This document shows positions 8,536-17,363 of a DNA stretch of 41,248 nt, piece by piece; positions within the stretch are counted from its first letter, which is position 1; each line of letters begins with the position of its first letter. The notes below the pieces were generated by a model. That model ran no database searches. It was not told the DNA's origin and saw only the letters and a program-made list of their open reading frames with translations. Made by a program: the position numbers and the translations under genes. Where the stretch lies: NCBI GenBank assembly GCA_031417495.1, contig JANOVQ010000057.1, forward strand, positions 1-41,248, in the 5' to 3' direction. Origin of the DNA: Pseudomonadota bacterium. Lineage in GTDB: Bacteria > Pseudomonadota > Gammaproteobacteria > Ga0077536.

Positions 8536-10354
8536 CGACGTCGAGTATCCGGACACGATCATTGAACTCCGTGGACGCATCTGTTTGTTCGAAGACGTCA
8601 TCGCCGTTCGCGTTGTCGGCCTCAAAATAGTCGCCGAGGGTGGTGCCCGGTCGAACCTGCGGTACGGGTTGCTTGAGTGCCGTGCCGGCACTCAAGATCA
8701 CCGCACCGACGTAGCGCGGTACTGGTTCGGTACCGGCGCGTGACCTGTTAACGGTCAGGCAAGCAGGGTTTGCGTCGGTACATTCGCCAGCGGGTTCACT
8801 AGCCGGTGCAAAGCCAGAACCAAACGCCACGTACAGCAGACGATGCCAGTCATTCGCGACTAACCACTGCGGCAGCTCTCCCGGTGATGGATGACTGACC
8901 TCATCGATTTTGGCGTCGTCGTCGATTTCCAGATCGAAGGGCACGCCGCTAAGCTCGAAGGAATCGACAGTCATGCCGGTGACGAGCTTCAGAACGCTGG
9001 TGCTCGCCGAATTCTCCACGCCCGGCTGCTCGTCCTTTAATTGAATCTCAGCTGCCATGCCTGGCCCCAGGTTGCCAGCGTTGAGTGAGAATTTCTGGCG
9101 GCGCGTGACATCGGCGGTTGGTGGTTCGATGGTATAGGGCCAATTCGTCAACACGACAGTGTAAGTCCGACGCCAAAGCGTCCCCGCTGGGTCCGGCGCT
9201 TCACGCACGGCGCGACAGCTCAATTGGTGTCCAGCCAGTGCTTTGCACAGACCAGTCGCGGTCCATTCTCCGCCCTTGGTACCGAGCACCGCCCCGTCTG
9301 TCGGGGCGGGTATTTTGCATTCAACCAGGGTGTCGCGCAGACAGTCATCCGGCGCCGGCGCAGCGCCGGTATTGGTCACGCTACCGCTGCCAGGAATAGA
9401 CCAACGCAAACTGAAATTGGCTTCGAAGGCAAAGGAGTTGGCGTCCAAAGTATACGGATTACCAGGGTTCGTTGCGGTGCCCAATTCAATTTGACGCAAG
9501 GGCAGTAGACCTTGGCGCTGGCCGGGCTGTCCGTGAAACGCGTTGTTGGTTGGATTGGAAAACGGACTAAGCCAGGGATACCTGGTGTGCGCGTCCACAT
9601 ATCGCGCTAACGCGTTGCGCACATCGTCCAACACTCGCTTCTCGACCAGGGCCATCAACTGCTGGCGGGTGATCGCGAGAACTTGATCGTTATGCGAACC
9701 ATCGCTTTGGGTACTGAAGCATTCATCACCGGCACTCGCATTCTGTCCCTCAAGATAATCATCGATAAAGTCCGCAGTCGGATAAGGAAGCTCGGATCTT
9801 TTTTGGTCTGCGAGGGCCGCCCCCGGCGCAATCACAAGCGCCACAATGTCATCTCCCCCGGGCGCGCAGCGGTCAAGACCAAGGGTGCCGGGAACGTCAC
9901 TATTAACGGATTTTTTGGGGTTGTTGCGGTAGTTGTTCGAGACCGCGTACCACAGCCGCGCGCCACTTCCGTCGCGGGCCTCGGGGACGTCCAAGGTGTG
10001 CCAAGGAAACATTCCTGTCTCGGTTTTGCTCGATTTTGCGCACGGCGGATCTGCCTGGCCGGGATTAGTATCTGCTTGCAAATCTGGACAGGGGAGAAGA
10101 CCGGGGCCTGCTGCAAGATCGTGGATCTCTGGATTATCTGGATAGCGCACCGCATATCCCAACAAGGCCTCGCGTGCCGCGTTCAACGCGAGCTGTGTGG
10201 TGAGTTCGGCGCTTGCAGGGCCCGAGGATGCCTGGTTCAACGCGCGGAGCAGGAAATACGCACCCGCACTTAACAAGATGAGCAGGAACAGGAGCGTGAC
10301 AATGCCCTGTTGCGCCCCGCAACCAGCGCGCCTAAGGGGTCTCGCGGGGCGCAA
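8522..10354 (-). CDS. large GspK/PilX-like minor-pilin-like protein (610 aa), non-canonical leader
   Basis: N-terminus RRAGCGAQQG-IVTLLFLLILLSAGAYFLL resembles GspK/PilX_N leaders (QxG followed by a hydrophobic helix, no Glu5). It shares the ALxGYA...LPCPD module with the adjacent pilin. There are 12 Cys. TTG start. The functional call is an inference. Confidence 0.55.
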   Translation of the reverse strand: MRPARPLRRAGCGAQQGIVTLLFLLILLSAGAYFLLRALNQASSGPASAELTTQLALNAAREALLGYAVRYPDNPEIHDLAAGPGLLPCPDLQADTNPGQADPPCAKSSKTETGMFPWHTLDVPEARDGSGARLWYAVSNNYRNNPKKSVNSDVPGTLGLDRCAPGGDDIVALVIAPGAALADQKRSELPYPTADFIDDYLEGQNASAGDECFSTQSDGSHNDQVLAITRQQLMALVEKRVLDDVRNALARYVDAHTRYPWLSPFSNPTNNAFHGQPGQRQGLLPLRQIELGTATNPGNPYTLDANSFAFEANFSLRWSIPGSGSVTNTGAAPAPDDCLRDTLVECKIPAPTDGAVLGTKGGEWTATGLCKALAGHQLSCRAVREAPDPAGTLWRRTYTVVLTNWPYTIEPPTADVTRRQKFSLNAGNLGPGMAAEIQLKDEQPGVENSASTSVLKLVTGMTVDSFELSGVPFDLEIDDDAKIDEVSHPSPGELPQWLVANDWHRLLYVAFGSGFAPASEPAGECTDANPACLTVNRSRAGTEPVPRYVGAVILSAGTALKQPVPQVRPGTTLGDYFEADNANGDDVFEQTDASTEFNDRVRILDVDDDK

Positions 10355-10808
10355 TTGCAGGGGCTTCGCGCACTTCAGCGCGTATGGGATCGAAGACCTG
10401 ACCCGCCTTTACCCGACGGCCCGGCTGCGTGGCATCGAGCGCGATGTCAATCGCGGCAGGGCCGAGCCGAATCCGCGATTGCGCGGCGCCGGGAATTTGT
10501 GGATGCCGCGCATCCTGTGGCTTGCCATTCATCCATACCGTGCCTGGTCCTCGCGAGCGCGTCACGATACCGTTGACGGTCAGTGCCGGGATTGGCGGTG
10601 GTGCGGACTCTGTTTCCGCCGCCGGCAATTGCGCGATCTCACGCGGTGAAAGTGCGACCGGCGGCGGCACCTTCGCGACCACGCGGGCCGCCTCCAGACT
10701 CGCGCGCTCTTGCGGGGTAAAGAAAAGCCTGCCGAGATCGTCGGCGCGCGTGACGCTGCCTGAACACAAGCCGAGCAGGAGCCCCGCACAGAGCAGTCGC
10801 GTGCTCAC
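10332..10808 (-). CDS. secreted/periplasmic protein, possible PilP/MshK/GspC-HR analogue
   Basis: GTG at 10808 overlaps the upstream TGA (GTGA). Signal peptide VSTRLLCAGLLLGLCSGSVTRA. Pro-rich linker, then LTVNGIVTRSRGPGTVWMNGKP beta-rich segment. No diagnostic motif. Confidence 0.5.
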   Translation of the reverse strand: MSTRLLCAGLLLGLCSGSVTRADDLGRLFFTPQERASLEAARVVAKVPPPVALSPREIAQLPAAETESAPPPIPALTVNGIVTRSRGPGTVWMNGKPQDARHPQIPGAAQSRIRLGPAAIDIALDATQPGRRVKAGQVFDPIRAEVREAPAIAPRETP

Positions 10809-11428
10809 AATTGCACCTTCAGATCGCCACTCCGATCCAGCGAGAACCAGCGCAAGAGGCACTCCGCGCGCAGCTGTGCCTCGCTGGTATCGAGTGTGCT
10901 TCTAAGGCCGCCTTCGCGCGTCACTTCGCAACGCTCCACGCTGAAAAGTCCGGCGCTGTCGCGCGCCAGGGCCGTGAGTAGGCGCGTGAGATCTCCTTCG
11001 TGGAGCAGACCTAAACTGAGCTGCATGTCACTGACATTCACCTCGAACGGGCCGCTCTCGAGCGCGATCTCTGGCTCGTAGCGCTTTTGCGTGTCGATCC
11101 GATAATCGATTTTCGGGACCTGTAGGGCCGTGCCCGCGGCGCGCAACGCCTCAACCCAGCTCAGGCGCCGTTCTTGTCCAATGACGCCGCGCGCATAGAG
11201 TTGTTTGAACGCGGGGTATTGTGCCTTGATCACGCGCTCCTCATCATCCACTGCCAAATAGTGGCGACTCGCCTCGCGAAAGCGCGCGAAATTTGTCTGG
11301 TAATCGCGGTTCATTTCACGCCAGAAAAAATTGCTGGCGGTGAGCATGCCAGCGGCGAATAGCGCGCAAATCAGGAGCACGCCCAGCACGCCGCGCAGCG
11401 CACGCCATTCAACCTGCCTGTTGCGCAC
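10805..11428 (-). CDS. bitopic PilO/GspM/MshJ-like assembly protein
   Basis: Short cytoplasmic N-terminus, one TM (LRGVLGVLLICALFAAGMLTA), then a helical region and an alpha/beta C-terminal domain. Its position follows the GspL-like gene. Start is uncertain: GTG 11428 is preferred, and GTG 11506 would overlap the upstream gene by 98 nt. Confidence 0.5.
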   Translation of the reverse strand: MRNRQVEWRALRGVLGVLLICALFAAGMLTASNFFWREMNRDYQTNFARFREASRHYLAVDDEERVIKAQYPAFKQLYARGVIGQERRLSWVEALRAAGTALQVPKIDYRIDTQKRYEPEIALESGPFEVNVSDMQLSLGLLHEGDLTRLLTALARDSAGLFSVERCEVTREGGLRSTLDTSEAQLRAECLLRWFSLDRSGDLKVQL

Positions 11429-12995
11429 GCGCGACCCCCAGAATGATGCGTAAAGTGAAGGCCGCCGTTTGGCCTGCCGAGTTAGCGTTGGCGGAACCGG
11501 CGACACTGGCCGTTGGACTCAAATCGAGTGGGTAGCGTTTCACTTCCACTGCCTGCACCTGCGCCGTGGCGCGCAGCCGCGCGGCGAGGGCATCGATCGT
11601 CGCCATCGCCAGGCGATAGTCGCCAGCAAAGTCCGCGAGATGCGCTTCCAGATCAGTAATTGCATAGAACGCGTAGGCGGAGGAGCGCTCGATTTGCGGC
11701 TTGCTGTCGGTTTCGCGCGGGTGCGCCGGATCGCGATTGGGATCGAAGGCGCGGTACCAGGACAATTTATCCACCGTCACTTGCGGCGTCTCGCTGAGCG
11801 CCGCGCCTAATATTTGCCAAGAAGGCACCGGCGAGGCTTTTAGCGTTTCTAACTGGGTCGCGGCGCTGACCGCAGCCTTGATCGCTGCTGCGTCGACTAC
11901 GGTGGGTGGCAGGCCACGTCGCGCGAGCGCAAAGCGCTCCTGATAAAACGTCGCTTTCTGGGCCGCGTCCTGACTCTGCTGCTGCAGACCCATGGCATCG
12001 ATGAAACGCAGTGCGCTCCAGCCGGCGCTGCCCACTAACAATAACAAGCTAGCGACAAGCAGCGCGATTTTCGCTTGATGCAGTTTAAAGAAACGCGTCT
12101 CGTGGCGCTGCGCGTAATGGGCGGACGGGGTGGCAGTCAACAGCAACTGCGCAAAAATCGCGTCGCTAAAGGGTGATGCCACAGTCGCCGGCAAACCGAG
12201 GCGCTGCGCCAGTTCGGCGTTATCCACCAGAAAGTACTGCTCGCCCTCCGTGTTATGACAGTGCTCGGCCAGTTCTTCCAGCAACGCACCGTGACTCAGA
12301 ATGTAGATCGCAAGCGGACTCTCGCGCGAGACCAGGGCCAGGCTGTTGAGATAGCGGCGAAGTTTGGCCAACTCGGCCAGGACGTACGTGGCATAGGGCA
12401 CCGAGCCGAGCCGCGGCATCTGGGCGAGACGGCTGATCTTCAACTGGCCATCGCGATAGAAGGTCTGACGCAAACCGCTGACCTGCTGCACGCTGATAAA
12501 CAGCACGTTGCTGGCCTGCGCTTTGATTTTAGGTAGCAGGCCCGCGCTCAGCACCGGCAGCGAATAGATGCCGATCAACGGGATCCCGTGTTTGACCAGC
12601 TCCTCGATCCAGGGCGAGAGGCTCTCCGGTTTAGTCAGCGCGGTCAGCAGTACGCGATCGTCGCGCCGACCCTCGCGTTCGCGGCCCTGATCAAGGGCTA
12701 GACAATAAGGCGTGCCGCGAAACATGCGCGCGTATTTGCGGCCAAGCACCGAGGCGCGATCCCTCCCGCGCACATGCGGAATAGTGTCTTGTCGATATTC
12801 CTCCTCCACCACATCAACCAGCACATAGAGTGGACTCGGCGGCGCACTCTCCAAATACGTCGCAAAGGCGGCCCAGCCACTTTCGCCAGCCGTGAACTCA
12901 TAGGCGTTTTGCAGGTGCCGTCCCGCGCCGAGAAAGAGCAACGCGCGATCCGCCGCAATCAGCAGGACTCTGGCCTCACCTTGCAGTGCCTTCAT
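11409..12995 (-). CDS. bitopic GspL/MshI (PilM-PilN fusion)-like assembly protein, 528 aa
   Basis: ATG 12995 has AGGAA 6 nt upstream. About 300 aa of cytoplasmic domain, a single TM (IALLVASLLLLVGSAGWSAL), a Gln-rich helix and a periplasmic domain of about 170 aa. Called from architecture and position only. Confidence 0.5.
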   Translation of the reverse strand: MKALQGEARVLLIAADRALLFLGAGRHLQNAYEFTAGESGWAAFATYLESAPPSPLYVLVDVVEEEYRQDTIPHVRGRDRASVLGRKYARMFRGTPYCLALDQGREREGRRDDRVLLTALTKPESLSPWIEELVKHGIPLIGIYSLPVLSAGLLPKIKAQASNVLFISVQQVSGLRQTFYRDGQLKISRLAQMPRLGSVPYATYVLAELAKLRRYLNSLALVSRESPLAIYILSHGALLEELAEHCHNTEGEQYFLVDNAELAQRLGLPATVASPFSDAIFAQLLLTATPSAHYAQRHETRFFKLHQAKIALLVASLLLLVGSAGWSALRFIDAMGLQQQSQDAAQKATFYQERFALARRGLPPTVVDAAAIKAAVSAATQLETLKASPVPSWQILGAALSETPQVTVDKLSWYRAFDPNRDPAHPRETDSKPQIERSSAYAFYAITDLEAHLADFAGDYRLAMATIDALAARLRATAQVQAVEVKRYPLDLSPTASVAGSANANSAGQTAAFTLRIILGVARAQQAG

Positions 12996-13046
12996 CTTGA
13001 TTCCTGTACGCTGACTAAACCCTGGCGGGCTTTCTTCTGCGTTTCG

Positions 13047-14252
13047 TTAAAACTTAATCTTCGTGAACAAGTCATAGATCGGCCCCAAAATCGACGACAT
13101 AATCCACAGCACAATCGCGCCCAGCAGGATGGTCACCAGCGGCAGAATCAAGGTCTGTAGTTTAGTGACCGATTCGCGCACGTCCCGCGTGAAGAAATAC
13201 GTGACGTTATTCAGTGCATCCTCCAGGGCGCCAGTGTTTTCGCCGACACGCAACATGCGTATTACCAAGGGCGGAAACAAGCCCGTCGCGGCAAAGCTCG
13301 CGCTGATCCCGCCGCCATCCGCGATCATTCGACCGGCGTCGCGCAGCGCCACGCGAATGGCGCGATTGTCGGCGACTTCTTCGCCGGTGCGAATACATTC
13401 AAGCACCGTAATGCCCGAGGTGTACATGATGGAGAACACGCTGCACACCCGGGTCACGACGATTTTCCGCAAAATAGGACCGACCAGGGGCAGGCGCAGC
13501 TTGAAGGCATCAAATTTCTGCGCAAACTCCGGATTAACGCGCAGCGCGACGAGCAGCACGCTCACCACCAACGGTGGCACGCTCACCACCACATACCAGT
13601 AATTCGCGAGCAGGCTTGAAGTTGCGATAAGCGCGCGGGTCTGTAGCGGCAGGACCTGCCCCATCGTATGCAGGAACGACACCAACTGAGGCACGACATA
13701 AATCATCAGGAAAATCAGCACACCGAAGATCACCACCGAGACAAGCGCGGGATACATCAGAAGTTTTTGCGTGTACGAGGTCTGCTCGTCCTGCCACTTG
13801 AGGTTGTCGATAATTTTTTGCATGACCTCCGATAAACGCCCGCTCTGCTCTCCGGCGCGAATCAGGCTGACGAATACCGAATCGAAAACCCCGGGGAAAT
13901 CGCTCATCGCGCCCGACAAATTCTTGCCTCCTTCAATCGCCTCGATCATGGCCGAGGTGACCTCCCGCAAGCGCCGGTTATCGAGGGTGTCGCGCAAATC
14001 TCCCAGCCCTTCGATGATGGGAACGCCGGCGCGCACCAGATGCTCAAGGTGAAAACAAAAAGTTATCAGATCGACTGTGCGCACACCGCCCCGGGTGACC
14101 GCGCGCGTGCGCGAACGCTGTACCGTGAAATTGAGGAGATCGAGCCCCATGCGGCTCAGGCGCACTTCCAGATCAGCCGGATTAAGTGCCTCGACCTTGC
14201 CCCGCGAGACGTGTCCCAACTGATCCATCGCCTTGTAGCGAAAGGCGTCCAT
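13047..14252 (-). CDS. type II secretion/type IV pilus platform protein (GspF/PilC/MshG family)
   Basis: 401 aa. Duplicated T2SSF-type cytoplasmic domains and three TM segments. N-terminus MDAFRYKAMDQLGHVSRGKVEA is typical of the family. Confidence 0.92.
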   Translation of the reverse strand: MDAFRYKAMDQLGHVSRGKVEALNPADLEVRLSRMGLDLLNFTVQRSRTRAVTRGGVRTVDLITFCFHLEHLVRAGVPIIEGLGDLRDTLDNRRLREVTSAMIEAIEGGKNLSGAMSDFPGVFDSVFVSLIRAGEQSGRLSEVMQKIIDNLKWQDEQTSYTQKLLMYPALVSVVIFGVLIFLMIYVVPQLVSFLHTMGQVLPLQTRALIATSSLLANYWYVVVSVPPLVVSVLLVALRVNPEFAQKFDAFKLRLPLVGPILRKIVVTRVCSVFSIMYTSGITVLECIRTGEEVADNRAIRVALRDAGRMIADGGGISASFAATGLFPPLVIRMLRVGENTGALEDALNNVTYFFTRDVRESVTKLQTLILPLVTILLGAIVLWIMSSILGPIYDLFTKIKF

Positions 14253-14259
14253 CAGCTTC

Positions 14260-15966
14260 TCAGTTCAGCCGGTCCGTGAGGTCGACCACGCGCGAGATCT
14301 CGTCGATGGTGGTCGTGCCGTCAAGGACGCGGCGCAGCGCGACATCAGCGAGGGCCACGAAGCCTTTGCCACGGGCCTGCTGGTGCAGCTCGCGGGCGGT
14401 GGCGCCGCGTGCGATCAATTCGTCCAGACCATGATCGAACTTCAACAGTTCCATCACTGCGGTACGACCTTCGTAGCCCTGATGTTCGGTATGCCGGAAC
14501 TCTTCCGCGACACGGAAGATCAGAGTGGTGGCGTCGTGGCTTAAGCCGAGGATGTGGCGTTCGATGGTGGACGGTGCATACGCTTCACGACAGGCATCGC
14601 GCAAGCGGCGCACCAGGCGCTGGGCCAGTATCCCAATCAGATTGCCGGCCATCACTTCCGGGCGCACGCCCATATCGATCAGGCGAGGAATCGAGCCGAG
14701 CGCCGAGTTGGCATGCAGGGTCGAAAAAACCTGGTGGCCGGTCATTGCGGCCCGAAAGGCCATCGCCGCGGTTTCGGAGTCGCGAATTTCTCCGACCAGG
14801 ATGATGTCGGGATCCTGGCGCAGCATGGAGCGGATCCCGCTCGCGAAATCGAGGCGCACGGCGTCGTTAAGCGAAGTCTGGCGAATCATCCCCATCGGAT
14901 ATTCCACCGGATCCTCCAAGGTCATGATGTTCACTGTCTCGGTGTTCAGATGATTGAGCAGACTGTAGAGCGTGGTGGTCTTGCCGCTCCCAGTCGGACC
15001 CGTGACCAGCAATAAGCCTTCCGGTCGGGCGACCATGAGTTTCAACAAATGCAGGTTTTCCACTTCGAGCCCGAGATCCTCGATCGGCACGATTCCTTTC
15101 TGACGATCAAGCACGCGCAGCACGATGTTCTCGCCGTGTACGGTGGGAATGGTGGACACGCGAAAATCGATCGGACGACCCGTCAGCGACAGGGTAATGC
15201 GGCCGTCCTGCGGCGCGCGGGTCTCGGCGATATCCATGCCAGACATGACTTTGAGCCGTACGGCCAGTGCCGACCAGTAGTTCTTATGCAGGCTGCGGAC
15301 CTGCCGCAACACGCCGTCAATGCGATATCTAAAGCGCAGAAAACCTTCTTCGGGCTCAAAATGAATATCCGAGGCGCCACGTTTTACGGCGTCCGCGAGT
15401 AATGCATTCACGAGCCGCACGACCGGCTGACTGTATTCCTGGCTATCTGCATCGAGGCTTTCGTAATCGATCTCGCCGGTTTCGATTTCCTGCAGGATGC
15501 CGTCCACCGACAGCTCGAAGCCATAGAACTGATCGATCGCCTTCTCGATCTCGGCTTCGCCCGCCATCAGCGGCACGATCTCGGTGTCGCCGCCGATCAA
15601 CGCAGTGATCTGATCGAGCGCGACGACATTGAAAGTATCAGCCATCGCCAAGGTCAGGCGCTTGCGATTGGCCTCAAAGGTGAGCGGCAGAATATGAAAA
15701 CGCCGCGCGAGGTCTTTGGGAATCATGCCGATCGCTTCCCCATCGACCACGACTTTGCTCAGGTCCGCCTTCTGTTGCCCGAGCGCGCCGCCCAGCACAT
15801 CAAGGATCACTGCTTCCGTCGCAAAACCGAGGCGGACCAGAATCTTGCCGAGATGATCGCGGTTGCGCTTCTGCTCGATCAGCGCAATTCGCACCTGATC
15901 CTGGCTGACCACGCCCTTCTGGACCAACAATTCGCCAATGCGAAGACTCTTCTTGAGCGTACTCAT
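14260..15966 (-). CDS. mshE: GspE/PilB-family assembly ATPase, MshE-like with N-terminal c-di-GMP-binding (MshEN) motifs
   Basis: Walker A GPTGSGKTTT, Asp box MTLEDPVEY, Walker B DPDIILVGEIRD, His box TGHQVFSTLHAN. N-terminal RIGELLVQKGVVSQDQVRIALIEQ-KRNRD-HLGKILVRLGFATEAVILDVLGGA. The ATG at 15966 lies 16 nt after the upstream stop. Confidence 0.93.
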   Translation of the reverse strand: MSTLKKSLRIGELLVQKGVVSQDQVRIALIEQKRNRDHLGKILVRLGFATEAVILDVLGGALGQQKADLSKVVVDGEAIGMIPKDLARRFHILPLTFEANRKRLTLAMADTFNVVALDQITALIGGDTEIVPLMAGEAEIEKAIDQFYGFELSVDGILQEIETGEIDYESLDADSQEYSQPVVRLVNALLADAVKRGASDIHFEPEEGFLRFRYRIDGVLRQVRSLHKNYWSALAVRLKVMSGMDIAETRAPQDGRITLSLTGRPIDFRVSTIPTVHGENIVLRVLDRQKGIVPIEDLGLEVENLHLLKLMVARPEGLLLVTGPTGSGKTTTLYSLLNHLNTETVNIMTLEDPVEYPMGMIRQTSLNDAVRLDFASGIRSMLRQDPDIILVGEIRDSETAAMAFRAAMTGHQVFSTLHANSALGSIPRLIDMGVRPEVMAGNLIGILAQRLVRRLRDACREAYAPSTIERHILGLSHDATTLIFRVAEEFRHTEHQGYEGRTAVMELLKFDHGLDELIARGATARELHQQARGKGFVALADVALRRVLDGTTTIDEISRVVDLTDRLN

Positions 15967-15982
15967 CGCTAAGCGTTTGCGC

Positions 15983-17344
15983 TCAGGGCGCCGCGAGCGC
16001 GGTGATCCGCGCGGCGACCACCGCGCCATCGAAGTTAGTCGTCGCGCCGTGTAAGGCGGCAGCCTGCCGGTAATAATCGAGCGCCGCCTTGCGCTGACCG
16101 AGTTGATCAAGGCTCACGGCCAGATTGAACACGTAGTCGGCATTGCGCGGTTGTCCACGGAAGGCTGCGAAGTAGGCCTGTTGGGCATCGCCCCAACGCT
16201 GTTCGCGGGCATACCAATTGCCGAGCGCGAAATGCAGGTAGGGCGCTTCGAGGCCACGGTCAAGCAGCAATTTCAGTTTGGATTCGGTGGCGTGCGCGCC
16301 ACGACCACCTTCAATCAGAAAGAGCGCGGCGGTGGCGATGGGGTGATCAGGCGCATCGCTCAACACCTCGGCATAGTAGCGATGCGCTTCACGCAAGCGA
16401 TTTTCGGCAAGCGCGATCGCGCCGAGCCCAAGGAGCGCGTCGCGTTGTTGTGGATGGGTCTTCAACACCGCCAGATACGCGCGCTTGGCGCGCACCAGGT
16501 CGCCATTCTCGAACGCGTGATACGCCAGCGTTAACTGGCGCTGTGCAGGGCCCACGCCGTGCGCGCTATGGGCAATGTGCAGGTCGCCGTTGCGCATTTC
16601 GAAATCTTGCGGCGGCGCCGTTGTGGCAACGTCGCGAGGAGTTGGCGCACTCGGCGCGGCCTCGAGCGCGGCGGCGACGGTCGCCATGTCAGCGGGCACA
16701 CTGGGGGCGACATCCGATTTTTCGGCCACCGCGGCCGCCGGCGCCGGTGGCGGTAAGACGACCACGGGCAGCGCCGGGGTGGGAATGGTCGGGACGGGTC
16801 CTGTAGCAATGCCGTGCTCAACCCCCAACGCCACCCGCGGCGACGGCACGACCAACGGTGGTGGGGTCTGCAGAAAGGCGTGATATCCCAGCCACCCGAG
16901 GCTGCCGCACGTAACCAGCAACGCGGCACTCAGGCCCAGCGCGAGTGGCTGCAACCGGCGGCGCTGGGTCGCCGCGAAGACGGTTCGCGCAGTGACCAGC
17001 TCGGGGCGACTTAAGCTGCCACCCGCGTGCACTTCGGGGCTGCTCGGGGGATGCACGAAAGCCACCTCATCGGCGATCGTCAGATCCGCGAGAGGCTGGA
17101 ACCGCCCGCTCGCGCTTAAGCGCTGGCTGATATTGCCGGACCCGGGCAGCGCGTCGCTGCGGCGTGCCGGACCCGCGCTTGGAGTGAGTTGTTCCACCAG
17201 CGGTTCGAGACGTAGTTGCTCGGCGGTGGTCGCGAACCCCCCCGATGTGAAGTCTTCGCTCGCGGCGGGCGCGCCGGGAGTGCGCGCCGCAGCCGCCTTT
17301 TTATCGGCTTCCGCTTTGCGCAAGGCATCCATCAGCAAGCTCAT
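15983..17344 (-). CDS. bitopic TPR protein, MshN-like with GspB-like N-terminus
   Basis: N-terminus MSLLMDALRKAEADKK, one TM (LALGLSAALLVTCGSLGWLGY), a Pro/Ala-rich linker and C-terminal TPR repeats (AYHAFENGDLVRAKRAYLAVL..., ALGNWYAREQRWGDAQQAY...). Confidence 0.7.
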   Translation of the reverse strand: MSLLMDALRKAEADKKAAAARTPGAPAASEDFTSGGFATTAEQLRLEPLVEQLTPSAGPARRSDALPGSGNISQRLSASGRFQPLADLTIADEVAFVHPPSSPEVHAGGSLSRPELVTARTVFAATQRRRLQPLALGLSAALLVTCGSLGWLGYHAFLQTPPPLVVPSPRVALGVEHGIATGPVPTIPTPALPVVVLPPPAPAAAVAEKSDVAPSVPADMATVAAALEAAPSAPTPRDVATTAPPQDFEMRNGDLHIAHSAHGVGPAQRQLTLAYHAFENGDLVRAKRAYLAVLKTHPQQRDALLGLGAIALAENRLREAHRYYAEVLSDAPDHPIATAALFLIEGGRGAHATESKLKLLLDRGLEAPYLHFALGNWYAREQRWGDAQQAYFAAFRGQPRNADYVFNLAVSLDQLGQRKAALDYYRQAAALHGATTNFDGAVVAARITALAAP

Positions 17345-17363
17345 GTCAGTGGGCCATGCTCAT

